Part shown: one piece after another, positions 1 through 11,768 of the stretch
Layout of the letters: each line of letters starts with the position of its first letter
How positions within the stretch are numbered: the stretch's first letter is position 1
Origin: Gekko japonicus
Taxonomy: Eukaryota
Reading direction: 5' to 3'
DNA length: 64,000 bases
Assembly (NCBI RefSeq): GCF_001447785.1
Contig: NW_015168044.1
Coordinates: 865,847 to 929,846, forward strand
Translations under genes and position numbers: made by a program
The notes under the pieces: model-generated
Databases searched by the model: none
Told to the model about the DNA's origin: nothing
The model's input: the letters and a program-made list of their open reading frames with translations, nothing else

Positions 1-600
1 TTCTTCCCTGTTGGTAAGAATCAAATCCAAGATAGCAGATCCCCTTGTTTCCCTCTCCACTTTCTACCAGTTATTTTTGTGTGGCTCTTACTAATGCATA
101 GGAACACACATGCACATGAGCAAAACACAATATAAAACAGTTCCTTCTAATGCAATTGAACAATAACTGCATCATGATTTTTTTCATTGTTTTACCACTG
201 TGCATACTATTAACAGAAGGGGACAAAGGAAGAAAATAATACAAATAAATGGAGGGATTTGAAAATTGCAGCAAAGTCTATATTGACATGCAGAGACCAT
301 CCACATTACTATATCTTCTGTGCAGTCCCACACTGGGAATGTGCATGTGCAGACCAGCCTCAGAAGCATTTTCTATCTCTATTCCCCAAAGAAGCTCTCC
401 CCCCAAACACACAGCCCAGCTTCCCACCAAAACCATCATATGACACAAGGGAGTCACACACCTTTCCCTCAATTCTCTTTTTACTGCTGGGGATAAGAGT
501 TCTACCATACCTTTTCTCTCTGCAATTGCTTCTTGGTACTTTATTCCTTGCTGTTCTTGCTGTTGGAAAGCAAAAAGTTCCTTTAAAATCTCTCAGAAAT

Positions 601-781
601 CCTAAGACGTGCAAGCAGTGAGGCATTAAAGATTTTACACAACGATGACCATTCACTTTGCCTGTTGTGTTTGGGTGAATTCCATAATGTCTCGGTATGC
701 AAGATGCAGCCATAATTTACACCAAAGGCCAGGAATGATAGAGTATCACGTCTAAAAGCGAATCTTCTGGAAAAGGCCATG
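601..781 (+). pseudogene. DIRS gag N-terminal Cys/His zinc-finger remnant
   Basis: C-x2-(C lost)..D-x-H-x2-CL-x-CLGE-x-H-x4-C..F-x3-R..R-x2-RL pattern, typical of vertebrate DIRS gag; one frameshift and two stops. Confidence 0.7.
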
Positions 782-839
782 CTGGTTTCTCACCCTCTGC
801 TAGCCACATCTGTCCTATGGTCAATGCTGCCTCTTAGAT

Positions 840-2486
840 CTTACACACTTACTTTCAGTTAATCATATGGCTCTTATGGATTCTTTATCAAAATCAATGG
901 ATAAGTGGCACAAGTTGCACTTATCCTGGATGGACAGGATTTATTTATTTAAAACAATTTTATTTCCCAAATTGCTTTTTTTGTTTCGATCACTTCCTAT
1001 TCATATACCCAACACTATGATGAAAAATTGGCAAACAAAATTTGTAAAATTTATCTGGAGTTATAAAAAACCGAGAATTAGCCTTAAATCTTTATGTAAT
1101 CCTCAGGAAATGGGTGGTTTGAATGTCCCAGATATATTCAAATATTATAAAGCGACGCATTTGTGTTCTATAGTTGCTATGATGCAACCAGCAGAGCCCA
1201 GTAATTGGACACATATAACGCAAGCGTATATGCCGAAGTATTTTCTACACGAAACAATTTGGAACCTTGGTCATGAAAGACATAAGCTAATTAACTCTAA
1301 TCCATTTTTGTCTAGTAACTTAAAAATTTGGGATTTAAATAGGAAACATTTAGTTTCTTTTCCCTCTCAGCTGTCCCCCTTCTTGGGTCAACGTTGGTTC
1401 CTCCCAGGTTTAGATAAACATAGTTTTAAGATATGGCGACAACATAATGTGACTAGACTTATGGATGTTATGAATAAAGGCAAAATTTTGAGTAAAACTG
1501 CGATAGAAAAATCTATAAAACAAGTTTTACCACCTTACCAATATATACAAGTTAAGCATATGTTACAAAGTGTTTTTATTAGCAAATCTTTAAAAAATTC
1601 TCTTACTCATTTTGAACAGATAGTTAAATCTTTTCCACTCATTCAGAAAGGTTTACTTTCTAAAATTTATGCTGTCTTACATACTGTACCAAAAAAACAT
1701 GTTTTTTTATATCAAAAACAATGGTCAAAGGATTGTAATATTCAACTAACCGACTCCCAATGGAATAAGATATGGTCCTCCAACATTTATACCACAAATA
1801 TTATTAATGTTAAACAACTGTCATTTAAACTACTGAATAGATGGTATATTACACCAGCAAAGCTTAACCATGTAAATAAATCTATTTCACCATTATGTTG
1901 GAAAAATTGCTCTCAAAAAGGATCATATTTTCATGTTTGGTGGGAATGTCCATATGTACAGGATTTCTGGGTTAAGATTTTATATCAAGTTAAGATTATT
2001 ACCGACTATGATGTTCCTTTACTTCCTGAAACGGTATTGTTGAATTTTTGGCATGATAACAACGTTTCAAAGAATAAGAGAGAGCTTATAGCATTATTGT
2101 TAGTTGCAGCCAAATTACTGTTGGCAGCTAAGTGGAATCATTCAAAGCTACCAACGATTTCTCAATGGAAAAATAAACTGTGGGACTTCTTTGTTATGGC
2201 CAAGATTTCAGACTCAATTAAATCCGCTGAATATCCATCATATTCTTCAAAATTTGCTGAAACTTGGTATCCACTTTTAATATATCTCAATAGGGAGAAA
2301 GAAGAACCACACAACAAACTGTATTTGGAGTATGCATATTTTTGATACAGGTGGCTATTTGTTATTTGTTTTTTTGATGTTTCTACTTTGTAGTGACCAT
2401 TTATCATCGAGCTATGTATCAAAGCTCAAGTTGGTGTTTTTGTTATATTTGTTGCAATTCAATAAAATTTATATATGAAAAAAAAA
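840..2486 (+). mobile_element. 5'-truncated L1 LINE with poly(A) tail and 17-bp TSD
   Basis: TSD AATGCTGCCTCTTAGAT (823-839) vs AATGCTGCCTCTTGGAT (2487-2503); AATAAA at 2461; A-tail at ~2478-2488; carries an open ORF2 fragment. Confidence 0.95.
867..2345 (+). pseudogene. L1 ORF2 C-terminal fragment (post-RT region plus CCHC zinc knuckle), frame uninterrupted
   Basis: Motifs LSWMDRIYLFKTILFPKLLFLFRSLPI, FIW..KKPRI, GGLNVPDIFKYYKA, CWKNC..GSYFHVWWECP. No EN or RT core, and the frame stays open back to the 5' truncation point, so the ATG is internal. Confidence 0.93.
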
Positions 2487-3590
2487 AATGCTGCCTCTTG
2501 GATACTCACCTTGGTTCTGTCAGTTTCAATGTCCAAACTGGGCAGGACATGGTCTGCACGTTCCAACAAGCTCCTCCAAACCACCACCTAAAAAATCCAA
2601 GGCAAAGACCAAATACAAGACCAATTCCATTCCAAAATCCCCAGTTCCTATGTTGGTGCAGGAGTAACTTTGACCTAAAATGCCTTCTCCAGGACATTAC
2701 TCAACTGGGGAACTTCAAGGAGATCTACCCAGTGAGTTGATCCACCTACATGGCTCATCACATCCTGGCAAGGTACTGAACCGATGGGTTCCAGACTCAG
2801 CTTTGCTCTTACTGTGAGGAGCCCTGTTTCCCCCCCTCCACAGCAGCCTTAACCCTTTTACCTGACTCCAACATATGAGCTGGAATGGGGGGACTATCAA
2901 GTTTAGAGGCAAGGGACTGACCATCAGTGCCATTATAACCCATCTACTTCCGTTGCATCAGTGTGACAGACTGATCAAAGTCTGCCCTATGCCTTCATTT
3001 GTCAGATTGCAATGAAACCATCACCGTTCATTCTGACATCAGTTCTGAGCTCGCCTTGGATCCATCGCCTGATGATCCCAATCCTATCTTGTCCAACGAA
3101 GATTACAGACTCTGTGATGAACAGATTATCTGCATAGCAAAGTCCCTCAAGAATAAGGCAATGTGCACAGATCTAAAACCTAAGGATCCATTCTGCAGGA
3201 GACTGCACTGTGACTCTGCAGGTTCCATTGCCTTTCCAGTCTTGGAGGCCTTCCTAGATATTTCTGGTGCTATATGGGACAAAGCAGCTTCCATATCAGC
3301 TTCTTCCAGGAAAACTGAGGACATGTATGAGGTACAAAAGAGAAGTGTGAGTCCCTCCAGCATTGTTCATAGTAGTGGATGCCCTCCAGACCAAGCGGAG
3401 GCAAGACAGCCACTCATCACCTTGGGACAAGGAAGGTAGACACCATAGGAAGGATATTCCTTGTACTCCCTCAGTTATAGGACCACCAACTACCAGGCAG
3501 TGGTTTTTTTGGGGGGGGTTAAACCAACTTTTCCTATTGGAGCAGATGCAAGCATCCATAGACAGGTTGCCACAAGACATGCAAGCTCTC

Positions 3591-3737
3591 TTGGTGATAA
3601 AACTGATTAATACATATTTTACAATGTAGGAGGTATTGTAATAGGTATAATTACAAGGTACCTGTAACCCCCAATCTATATGTTTTTATGTTTGTTTGTT
3701 TGTTTTATATTAAAAATAAAACATATATATTTTTAAA
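3591..3737 (+). mobile_element. Short L1-like 3'UTR insertion
   Basis: T-rich UTR with AATAAA and A-rich end; TSD AAGACATGCAAGCTCTC (3574-3590) vs AAGACATATAAGCTCTC (3738-3754); the DIRS gag frame resumes after it. Confidence 0.75.
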
Positions 3738-3842
3738 AAGACATATAAGCTCTCACCAAAGTGTTGCAATATGAAGCTATATGCCTCTCAGAGCAGCAGA
3801 TTAATGCTACATGGCACGGCGTGGACTGTTCAGCAAAATGAT

Positions 3843-3881
3843 CAATTCAAGTTCAAGTTCAAGTTAGCTTTTATTGGCATA
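3843..3881 (-). mobile_element. Extremely truncated LINE 3' tail
   Basis: Minus strand reads TATGCCAATAAAAGCTAAC(TTGAAC)n; flanked by AAAATGAT (3835-3842) / AAAATCAT (3882-3889). Confidence 0.55.
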
Positions 3882-4437
3882 AAAATCATTTGTCCTGCAT
3901 TGCCACTCCTGGCTTTGAACCACCACCCTTCCTGATGACACTAGGGGGGAGGTAGAGGATGTCCTGTATGCCCCCTTTGTTCCCTGAAAAATCTGATGAT
4001 GCTCTGAAACAAGTGTACAAGAACAAGCAAATGGCCAAGACCTTCACATCCCTTTCTACAAGGACTGGACAATATAAACACTTGTGTGCTCCAATTCCAG
4101 GGCTGATTCTAAAAATTCACCTATGAATGGAATACATATCAGAGCAACACTCCAGAATGTTGGAGGTTCTGAATGAGGGAAATTTCTTATCCGTATTTAT
4201 AAAGGTCAAGCTTTAGGAAAACTTTAAGCAGGGGTGATCAAGCCACCCAAGTGAGTCCAGGAGGCTATGGGCATCACCTACTGAGTTCACGCTTCTGTTG
4301 GCTAGGTCCAACATGGCTTGAACTGGGCTAGGAGCCGCAGTAGATGAGGCAATCGTTAGCTGATGCCTGAACCTACAAGATGCCTGAACCAACCCCTGCT
4401 CTGAGTTTCTCACTTCAGTCATGAAGTGTCACTGTGG

Positions 4438-4908
4438 TATGACAAGATTTGGGATCAGTTTGTGATGAATAAAATCTCTAACATTGTGGACCGATTACAA
4501 AACAGTTCCAGTAGAATTTATGATAAATTTGTACTTACTTGGTATCCAGTACTTGACTTCATGGCAGAGCATAATGTGCTTCCCTCTAGGACGAGCTACC
4601 ACACATGGCTCCACTTCTGATTTCACCATGACCTTCACCTTACTGCTGAGACTCCTCTTGTATATCAGAGCAACAGACTTGACTCAATTCATTGGAATTC
4701 ATGGTTTAAACAGCACTTTTGTATAGGTGAACGGAATTGATACTGTCTTATTATGTTATAACAGTAGATGTATGTTAATGTTTTATTGGTGACTAACCGA
4801 TTGGTTTGTAATTTTGGATTCTCAAGACTTCTTCATAATGTTTTGCAGTTATTGTATGTTTTGATATGTTATACTTGATCTTAATAAACATTTCAAAATT
4901 TTAAAAAA
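4438..4908 (+). mobile_element. 5'-truncated L1 (ORF2 extreme C-terminus plus 3'UTR), different subfamily from 840-2486
   Basis: WYDKIWDQFVMNKIS..DKFVLTWYPVLDF aligns with WKNKLWDFFVMAKIS..SKFAETWYPLLIY of the first L1; AATAAA and A-tail; TSD ATGAAGTGTCACTGTGG (4421-4437) vs ATGAAATGTCACTGTGG (4909-4925). Confidence 0.9.
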
Positions 4909-5694
4909 ATGAAATGTCACTGTGGGTGGGTCACTTCTACAGTTTGCCATCATTCCACGTGATGCTTTGCTTGTATAAGAACACTCTTTTTCTAAACAGA
5001 TTTAGATACCAGTAGACATATGTCTACAGAAGTCTGAAGAAAATCTGTATGATTTTGTTACAAAAATGTTGTCGCTGCTGTGAGGATAAAGGGCATTAGT
5101 TAATATGGGAAGTGTTTATACTGCACAGAAGAAACAGTTTTGCTTTAATTGCTCTCCCTGTTTTGAAAACCTTAAAACATCCCACTTGGTGTTTATTCGA
5201 GCCATCTGTATCTTCTTTATGTTCTAATTGTGATGGATTAACAATAAATGCTGTTTTTGATTCTCAACTTAACCTGAGACATGATATATTTGTGATGACA
5301 CATCAGAGACTGCATCTGGCATCGGCATATCCCAAACCCTCTAATACAACCTCCAAGAGCAGAGGTATATTTTCACTGTGATATATGTTCAAATAGACTC
5401 ATAAATCTGGATATTATGTAAGAGGATGTCATAGTCCTCAGGTCCTGAAACTGCCATGCACACCAGTTTGATTTTCTGGGTGTTATATTCTCTTCACCCA
5501 AGACACTAAAATTCCTGATGTGTCACTGAACTTCACTGCCATTAAATATGGATGGCTGGAAGAGGGCTAATAAACTCCAACCATAAATTGAGGTGTCTCC
5601 TGTTTTGGATGAGGTTGCACTCCCCCTGTAGAAGAAGGTTCATAGCTTGGGGCTGCAGGTAGATCCAGGTCTGTGGCCAGGATTGCCTTTTATC

Positions 5695-6036
5695 CAGAGG
5701 TCATTTTGGGGGGAATCGCGGGGGAATGCAGTTCCCCCGGGTGAGGTGCAGGGGGGCGGGGCACATGACGAAGCCCCACCCCCTGCTTCTGGCTGCCCCG
5801 CTTCCAGCCCTCATTCAGCCAGGAGGAGGCAGGAGAAGAGGGAGGGTAAGTTGCTTCCTTCCTGCCTCTCCCCACCCCTGCCTGCCTGGGGCCAGGGAGG
5901 GCCTTGGCGGGGCTTCCTCGCACTCCTGCTGGCCTTGCAGGTCCACTGCCGGGCCCCTGATGTCAGGGGGTGTGGCATATGCTAATGAGTTATGCTAATG
6001 AGTTCCCCTAGCTCTTTTTCTACGAAATGACCCCTG
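5695..6036 (+). mobile_element. Non-autonomous hAT DNA transposon
   Basis: TIRs CAGAGGTCATTT / AAATGACCCCTG; perfect 8-bp TSD CTTTTATC (5687-5694, 6037-6044); subterminal TATGCTAATGAG repeats. Confidence 0.9.
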
Positions 6037-6566
6037 CTTTTATCAGCTTCAGCTGATAAGTCAGCTGCAGCCTTTCCTGGGAAGAAAAGATCTTGCCACA
6101 GTGGTGCATACCCTGGTAAAATCTAAGCTCTACATGGGGCTGCTCTTGAAGAGTGTCCAGAAGTACAGCTGGTACAGAATGCTGCAGCCAGAATTCTGGC
6201 TGAAGAGGGTTGCAAGGACCATATCACTTCAGTTGTTCCATCTACAGTGGCTCCCAGTTTGCTTCTGTCCCAGTTTAAGGTTCTGGGAAGATTGACCTTT
6301 AAAGCCTATATTGCTTGGGGTCAGCAGCATACCTTAAGGGCTGCCTATTCCTATAGGAACGTACCTGACCACTACAGTAACCTTTGGAGGCCCTGCTTTT
6401 GTGCCCCACCATCTAAGGTTAGATAGGCTGTAGTGCAACAAAGGGTCTTTTGGGTTGTGGGACCAAAATTATGGAATTCTCTTCCCAGGGAAATTTGTTT
6501 GTCCCCTCTACCATTGTCTTCCATCTGCGGGTGAAGTGACTGTTTTATTTTGTCTGGCATTCCATC

Positions 6567-6972
6567 CAGGGGTCATTTCGTAGAAAAGGGTAGAGGAGCT
6601 TATCAGCATAACTCATTAGCATAACTTATTTGCATATGCCACACCCCCTGACATCACCAGAAGTGTGTCAGAAGGCAACACCCACCGCTCAGGCTCCACT
6701 GGACTGTTTTGGATTGCTAGCTATTGGGGGGGGGGGAGCGTGCAGATCTGTCCTCACAGAGGAAGGAGAGCTTGTACCTGAATAAAACTTGGTCTTAAAG
6801 GTGACACTGGACTGTTTTGGACTGGGGGGAGCTCTGCAACTTACCTGGCTGCTTCTTGCTTTGTCTGAGGGCTGCTGGGAGCAGGGGGTGGGGCTTGTTG
6901 CATATGCCCGCCCCCTGGGCTCTTTACTGCTGGAGCTCTGCTTCTGTGCGCTCCTGCAGGAAATTACCCCTG
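6567..6972 (-). mobile_element. Non-autonomous hAT element of the same family, opposite orientation, containing a Penelope terminal-repeat fragment
   Basis: TIRs CAGGGGTCATTT / AAATTACCCCTG; perfect 8-bp TSD ATTCCATC (6559-6566, 6973-6980); internal TTGGTCTTAAAGGTGACACTGGACT matches the Penelope repeats at 29.6 and 41.4 kb. Confidence 0.88.
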
Positions 6973-8774
6973 ATTCCATCACTAATCTTTTTGACCCTTC
7001 CTTCCATTCATGTGATTATATGTTTATCTGTTTTCTTTTGTTTTTAATTGTTTTTATATATATATTTAATATGTTTTTACTGTTCTCTATTTTGGAGTCT
7101 CTTAGTGGATGGAAGGCAGCTCAAATGTCTTACATAATTATATAAATAATGTTTAAACAATTATTTAAATAATGTTTTCGTTCTGTCTTATGCAGAGACA
7201 TATTAATCCATGGCAGCAAAAAAGTGACTGGTGTTCTGATTACAGGGATCATTCAGTATGATTTGCCCTATGTGGTAAGAATTATTGTTAATGTTTTCCT
7301 AATGTAGTTAAATTTATTCCCGTTTTTCTTAATAGAACAGAGTTTTGAATAAGAAACACACATGACTAATTGACTGAAATTTCAGTCAGTCGATTGGTAA
7401 GGGCCTTTTTATCCGATGGAGGCAAATTTTAATCAGTGTACAGAAACTCCTTGTTATTCATTTATTGAGACTGTTTTTCTCCCTTGTGAAATTTAACTTT
7501 GTGAATCTTTGTTTTCATACTATTTTAGTTTCTAAGTGCTGAATTTTTCTAGTTAACCTTATGCAGTTTTAATGTTATTTTGTGTCAGTTGTATATATGC
7601 AAAGGACACGTAACAGAAGCCATAAATAGGTAATGCGGTGCCACAATATTGTCGTTAAAATTATGTAAGAGGTTACTAAGCCCCCCAACAATCTGTAACA
7701 CCAACAATTAAAACCAGCAAGCAAAATGAAAAAGTTTACAATGCCAGCATATAAAACAAAAAATAAATGAGAAAGGACATTTTGTACATCCCTATTCCCA
7801 AGAACAACTATTTTCCTAGTTGCACTGACCCAAAAGCCAGCCTGAACTGGAAGCCTTAACAAAAGTCAGAGAGCATCACATGATCTGCTCGCACGTATTG
7901 CTATTGTTGCTTACCTAGCTGGTGTGCTGGGTGGTGGTACACAGGCTGAATTCCTCAAGTTACCAGTTCAAGACCTCTCCAAGTAGAAGTGCCTTCAGAA
8001 GCACAAGTGCTCCATCTGCAAAAACTCCATTCAGCTGTTTCTAGACAGGGCCATGCCCTGGCCGGGGCAGCAGCACCAAGTGGTGTGAGAATGGAGAGGA
8101 AGGGCATCCACTCACTCCCATGCTACTTGCTGTTGTTGCCACCCACCTCTGCTCCTTCCCCTCTTTCTTACTGCACCTGCACAAAAGCAGGTCTGACAGC
8201 AGTCATGCCAGGGCTCCCCTGTGCCTGGAAAACCTCCTTCCCCCCTTTCCAATTCCTACTAAGCTGTGCTGTTGCGCTGCAGTGCGGCTTGGCAGGGAAA
8301 AGGGAAAAGCCCTTTAAAGAGCTAAAGAGGGCAATGGATGGTACATGGCAGTTTACTGGAGTGTAGCTTCCTCTTTCCCAAAGTGGCAATGGAGGGAGTG
8401 TCCACACAGACAAGGCACCACCACCACCACTCTGCCGCCACTATGCAGGCTGTCCTTTGAGAAGGGGGGAAAACAGGTTAATTTTTTTGTGGTTTAAAGG
8501 GGAAACACTATAGAACAGTGTAGCTCATGCTCAGATGGAGCACTATGTCACGTAGATACTCCCATTTAATTGAGAGACTTCCTGCTTTCTATGCGGCAAA
8601 AATCTCCATGTAGATGCAGCCTAGGAAAGCAAACAAAATCTGGATGTTATGTAGAACATATAAACTCGTATTACGCTGTTGCTATTTCTTTGTTCTTTAA
8701 TTTGGGAGATCCAGTTTCATTGCATTGTAGCAGATACTGCATTTTTTTTATATAACTCTGTAATCAAGTGGTTA

Positions 8775-9124
8775 TAGGAGCTGCGGTGGCTCAAGTGGTT
8801 AAGACGCTGAACTGCAGGCTGTGGAAGGTCAGTAGTTCAGCAGTTCGAGACCCGAGTGTGCCGCATGACGGAGTGAGCTCCCGTCTCTAGTTCCAGCTCC
8901 TGCCAACCTAGCAGTTCGAAAGCAAGAAATTGCAAGTACATAAATAGGTACCACTTCAGTGGGAAGGTAACAGCGTTCCGTGCGTCTTGGTGTTTAGTCA
9001 TGCCGGCCCCATAACCACGGAAACGTCTTCGGACAGCGCTGGCTCTTCAGCTTTGAGACGGAGATGAGCACTGCCACCCTAGAGTCAGACTCGACTGGCT
9101 TTCGAGCAAGGGAACATTTTCCTT
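8775..9124 (+). mobile_element. Sauria (Squam1) SINE, full length
   Basis: tRNA-like head with A/B boxes (GGTGGCTCAAGTGG..GTTCGAGACC), core GCCAACCTAGCAGTTCGAAAGC..ATAAATAGGTACC, ACCTTT-type tail. Confidence 0.88.
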
Positions 9125-9459
9125 TAATCAAGTGGTTAAGACGCTGAACTGCAGGCTGGAAGGTCGGTAGTTTAGCAGTTCAAGACCTGATTGCTGAATG
9201 ATGGAGTGAGCTCCTGTCTCTAGTTCCAGCTCCTGCCAACCTAGTAGTTTGAAAGCAAGAAATTGCAAGTAGATAAATAAGTACTGCTTTGGTGGGAAGG
9301 TAACAGCGTTCCATGCGCCTCGGTGTCTAGTCATGCCGGCCACATGACCATGGAAACGTCTCCGGACAGTGCTGGCTCTTCGGCTTGGAAACGGAGATGA
9401 GCACCGCAACCCTAGAGTCAGATTCAACTGGCTTTCGAGCAAGGGAAACCTTTACCTTT
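9125..9459 (+). mobile_element. Sauria (Squam1) SINE, second head-to-tail copy
   Basis: Near-identical to 8775-9124; ends GGGAAACCTTTACCTTT. Confidence 0.88.
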
Positions 9460-10204
9460 AATCCACTTTATGTCTCGGTGAGAAAGGCAGGCAAGAAACG
9501 AAGTAAACAAAATAAAAATAGAATAGAAAGGGGCATAACCCACCCATCTTCAGCATAGGTTAATTTATCTGGGATGGAATAAGGAATGACCTCAGGTCTG
9601 CATCACTGTCTGGTATTCGCTGGAGAGGTCTGGGTGCTTCCTGCCTCATGCTGCTGGAGCCAAAGAGACAGTAAGGCTCTGTTGAACAGGCTCCCACCAT
9701 TTGATTGAGCTTCACATACTGCCCTGTCAGTACGGCACCAAGTCACCTAACTCTTTGGCAGCAGCTTCGGATGCACTTCGGTTTCTAGACAGGTCAGCCT
9801 TTGTGCTACTTCCAGTAGATGCATAAAGAAATATTACGGCCAGTGCACCTTAGTTTTAGTTTTCCCCTCTGCTTCCTAGACTTATCTGAACGTGTCAGAA
9901 GAGAAGCTGTAGTAGACTTGTGTAGTCAACTGGCACGCACTGATTCACACATTACAGAGTATACAGGTTCGGTCTGGGATACCACCCTGTGTAACTGTCA
10001 GACATGAGTCGCAGGTTCTCCTCAATTCCTGCACATGGGGTGCCTCATTTGGGTCAAGACAGGGATGGGTGTGGAGAAGGGGCTTCAGGATTTCCCTGTG
10101 CATCATTTCCTTGGCCTGAAGTAGCCTAAGGGAGGCTGTTTGTCCCACTGAGAAACCATTTCAAATGGGGGAAGCAGCACAAGGTAGAGTGCTGAAACCT
10201 TCTC

Positions 10205-10235
10205 AATCAATCAATAAACCTTTAATGGCATATAC
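10205..10235 (-). mobile_element. 31-bp LINE 3' tail insertion
   Basis: Minus strand GTATATGCCATTAAAGGTTTATTGATTGATT between perfect 11-bp TSDs GAAACCTTCTC (10194-10204, 10236-10246). Confidence 0.7.
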
Positions 10236-10307
10236 GAAACCTTCTCCCCACCAGTGCCCCAGTCCTAATCTGCAGTGTGTGCTGGAATCTGTGTGCCAGA
10301 ACTGAGG

Positions 10308-10496
10308 CAGGCCCGTAGCCAGGATTTTTTAATTAAATAACTCAGGGGGCACTTCTCCCCGCCCCCAAGGGAGCACCACAAATAAAATAACAATTGGAGG
10401 TCAGGGGGCCTGGGCTGGAGGGGAAGTCAGGGGGCCTTGGCAGTAGGTTGGAGGGGGGGTCAGGTTCGAAGATGCCCCTCTGTAGCTATGGGCCTG
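10308..10496. mobile_element. hAT-like MITE
   Basis: TIRs CAGGCCCGTAGC / GCTATGGGCCTG; TSD degraded; termini resemble those of 35238-35414. Confidence 0.65.
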
Positions 10497-10618
10497 AATC
10501 AAGGAGAACCCAAGATGGGGATTTCGGACCCAACCTATGTGCTCAGAAATGTGTGAATCAGCATCCAGGGACTATCTCGCAAGGAGATATTTTGTCCCTG
10601 GGCATGATTTTTTTAAAA

Positions 10619-11008
10619 TGTCAGTCAGTGGTGTAGCACGGAGAAAGGGGCCTAAGCCCAAGCACAGACCACCAGATCAACAGAAGGAGAAGAACTTTAT
10701 TGGCGCCGGTTCAGTCAGCGAAGCACGCTTTAAACAGACTGAACCCAGAGCAACGCAGGCTCCAGGCTTTTATACTGCAACAAGGTTACACGTCACCATT
10801 TACATCACCAGAGTGGAATTTTCCATTGACTTGGCTTACTTTTCCCGCCCAACCAAACAAGCTCACTTCTGCCCCCTTATGACTGGAACATGAACAGCAA
10901 CTATCCCCTTATATGGGCAAGGAATAATAATGCCTACTTCAGTGGGACAAGGATGCTAGGTAACTGCATCCATGTGTGACATATCTCAAGGTCATGGCCC
11001 TGCTGACA
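10619..11008 (-). mobile_element. Possible solo LTR
   Basis: TGTCAG...CTGACA termini; minus-strand TATAAAA (~10768-10774) upstream of AATAAA (~10696-10701); no TSD found. Confidence 0.3.
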
Positions 11009-11768
11009 GCTGCACGGGAGAACTTCCTAGCAGAGGCAGCAGCTTAAGATAAGTACAGGATTTTCCCACCTGGTGGGGATGAGCAACCATTCCATTTTTA
11101 AAATATTGATTCAGTTGTTCTGGTTCACCTTTTTCCCCACTGTTCATTTTGCAGATTTGCTTCTCTTGTGGATACATACTGTACATTTTTAATATACAAC
11201 CCATGTTATAATTTATTCATATAATTAATAACATGCATATAATAGATAATGTTGACTTACTGATGCACAAATAATATTGAAAAATACATGAAATGTAATG
11301 CAAGGACACAGTCAGAAAATGTCAGAAAATAATGAATTGTGGATTTGCGTCACATGGAGATTTTCAGGGCAAAATCGCAGGGATGAGAAATTCAAAGTAA
11401 TTTCTACTCTCTGGAAGAAACTGGAGGTGGCCTTAGAAAGGGGAAGGGTCTCTACATCAACCTTATTTCCTCACTTGACAACCCAAAAGTGTAGTAATGG
11501 AAGAGGCAAAAGAAAAAAGTAATTTGAGTAAATAGAACTTCCTTTTTATCCTGCTAAAGTGGATCTTATACATTTTTCCATGCAGGGTAGAAGTGTCAGT
11601 TCTGCCTTTGTACCTTTATCTTAGACTGTCTAAGTTAGACATACAAAAACCCCTCAAAACAAACGAACAACACCCCCTCCCGAACTTGTTCTCTATCTTC
11701 CGGTGCTTTGCAGTAACATGCAAAGCCAATGTTGTCAAGCTCAGCTGAAGTAGTATAGTGGTTGAGAG

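Larger units (their letters stand above)
290..4960 (+). mobile_element. Degenerate DIRS-type (tyrosine-recombinase) retrotransposon remnant, split by four later insertions
   Basis: Manual translation gives a gag zinc finger at 601-781 (PKTCKQ*..HNDDHSLCLLCLGEFHNVSVCKM..FTPKARNDRVSRLKANLLEKAM). A LAP2alpha-like gag body follows at 2999-3990 (IAFPVLEAFLDISGAIWDKAASISASSRKTEDMYEV / IVVDALQ..PWDKEGR / RLPQD / VLHCHSWL*TTTLPDDTR..ED), then a pol-like VTVGGSLLQFAIIP at ~4917-4957. Stops and frameshifts throughout; outer boundaries approximate. Confidence 0.7.
5600..7150 (+). mobile_element. Old L2 LINE 3' fragment, interrupted by two hAT elements
   Basis: Degenerate L2 ORF2 C-terminus (VALPL..VHSLG; TVVHTLV..LYMGLLLKSVQK..QNAAAR..LQWLPV); AT-rich 3' tail near 7100-7150. 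Confidence 0.75.

Noticed and set aside
867-2345. 492-aa ORF as a host gene or domesticated protein
   Set aside because: It is bounded by a TSD and poly(A) tail, and the frame runs to the truncation point, so it is an ordinary L1 ORF2 fragment
2999-3439. LAP2alpha/TMPO-like host gene
   Set aside because: Frameshifted, interrupted and preceded by a DIRS gag zinc finger; transposon gag, not TMPO
5240-5400. Possible DIRS tyrosine recombinase remnant (LHLASAYPKPS..)
   Set aside because: Similarity too weak to call by eye
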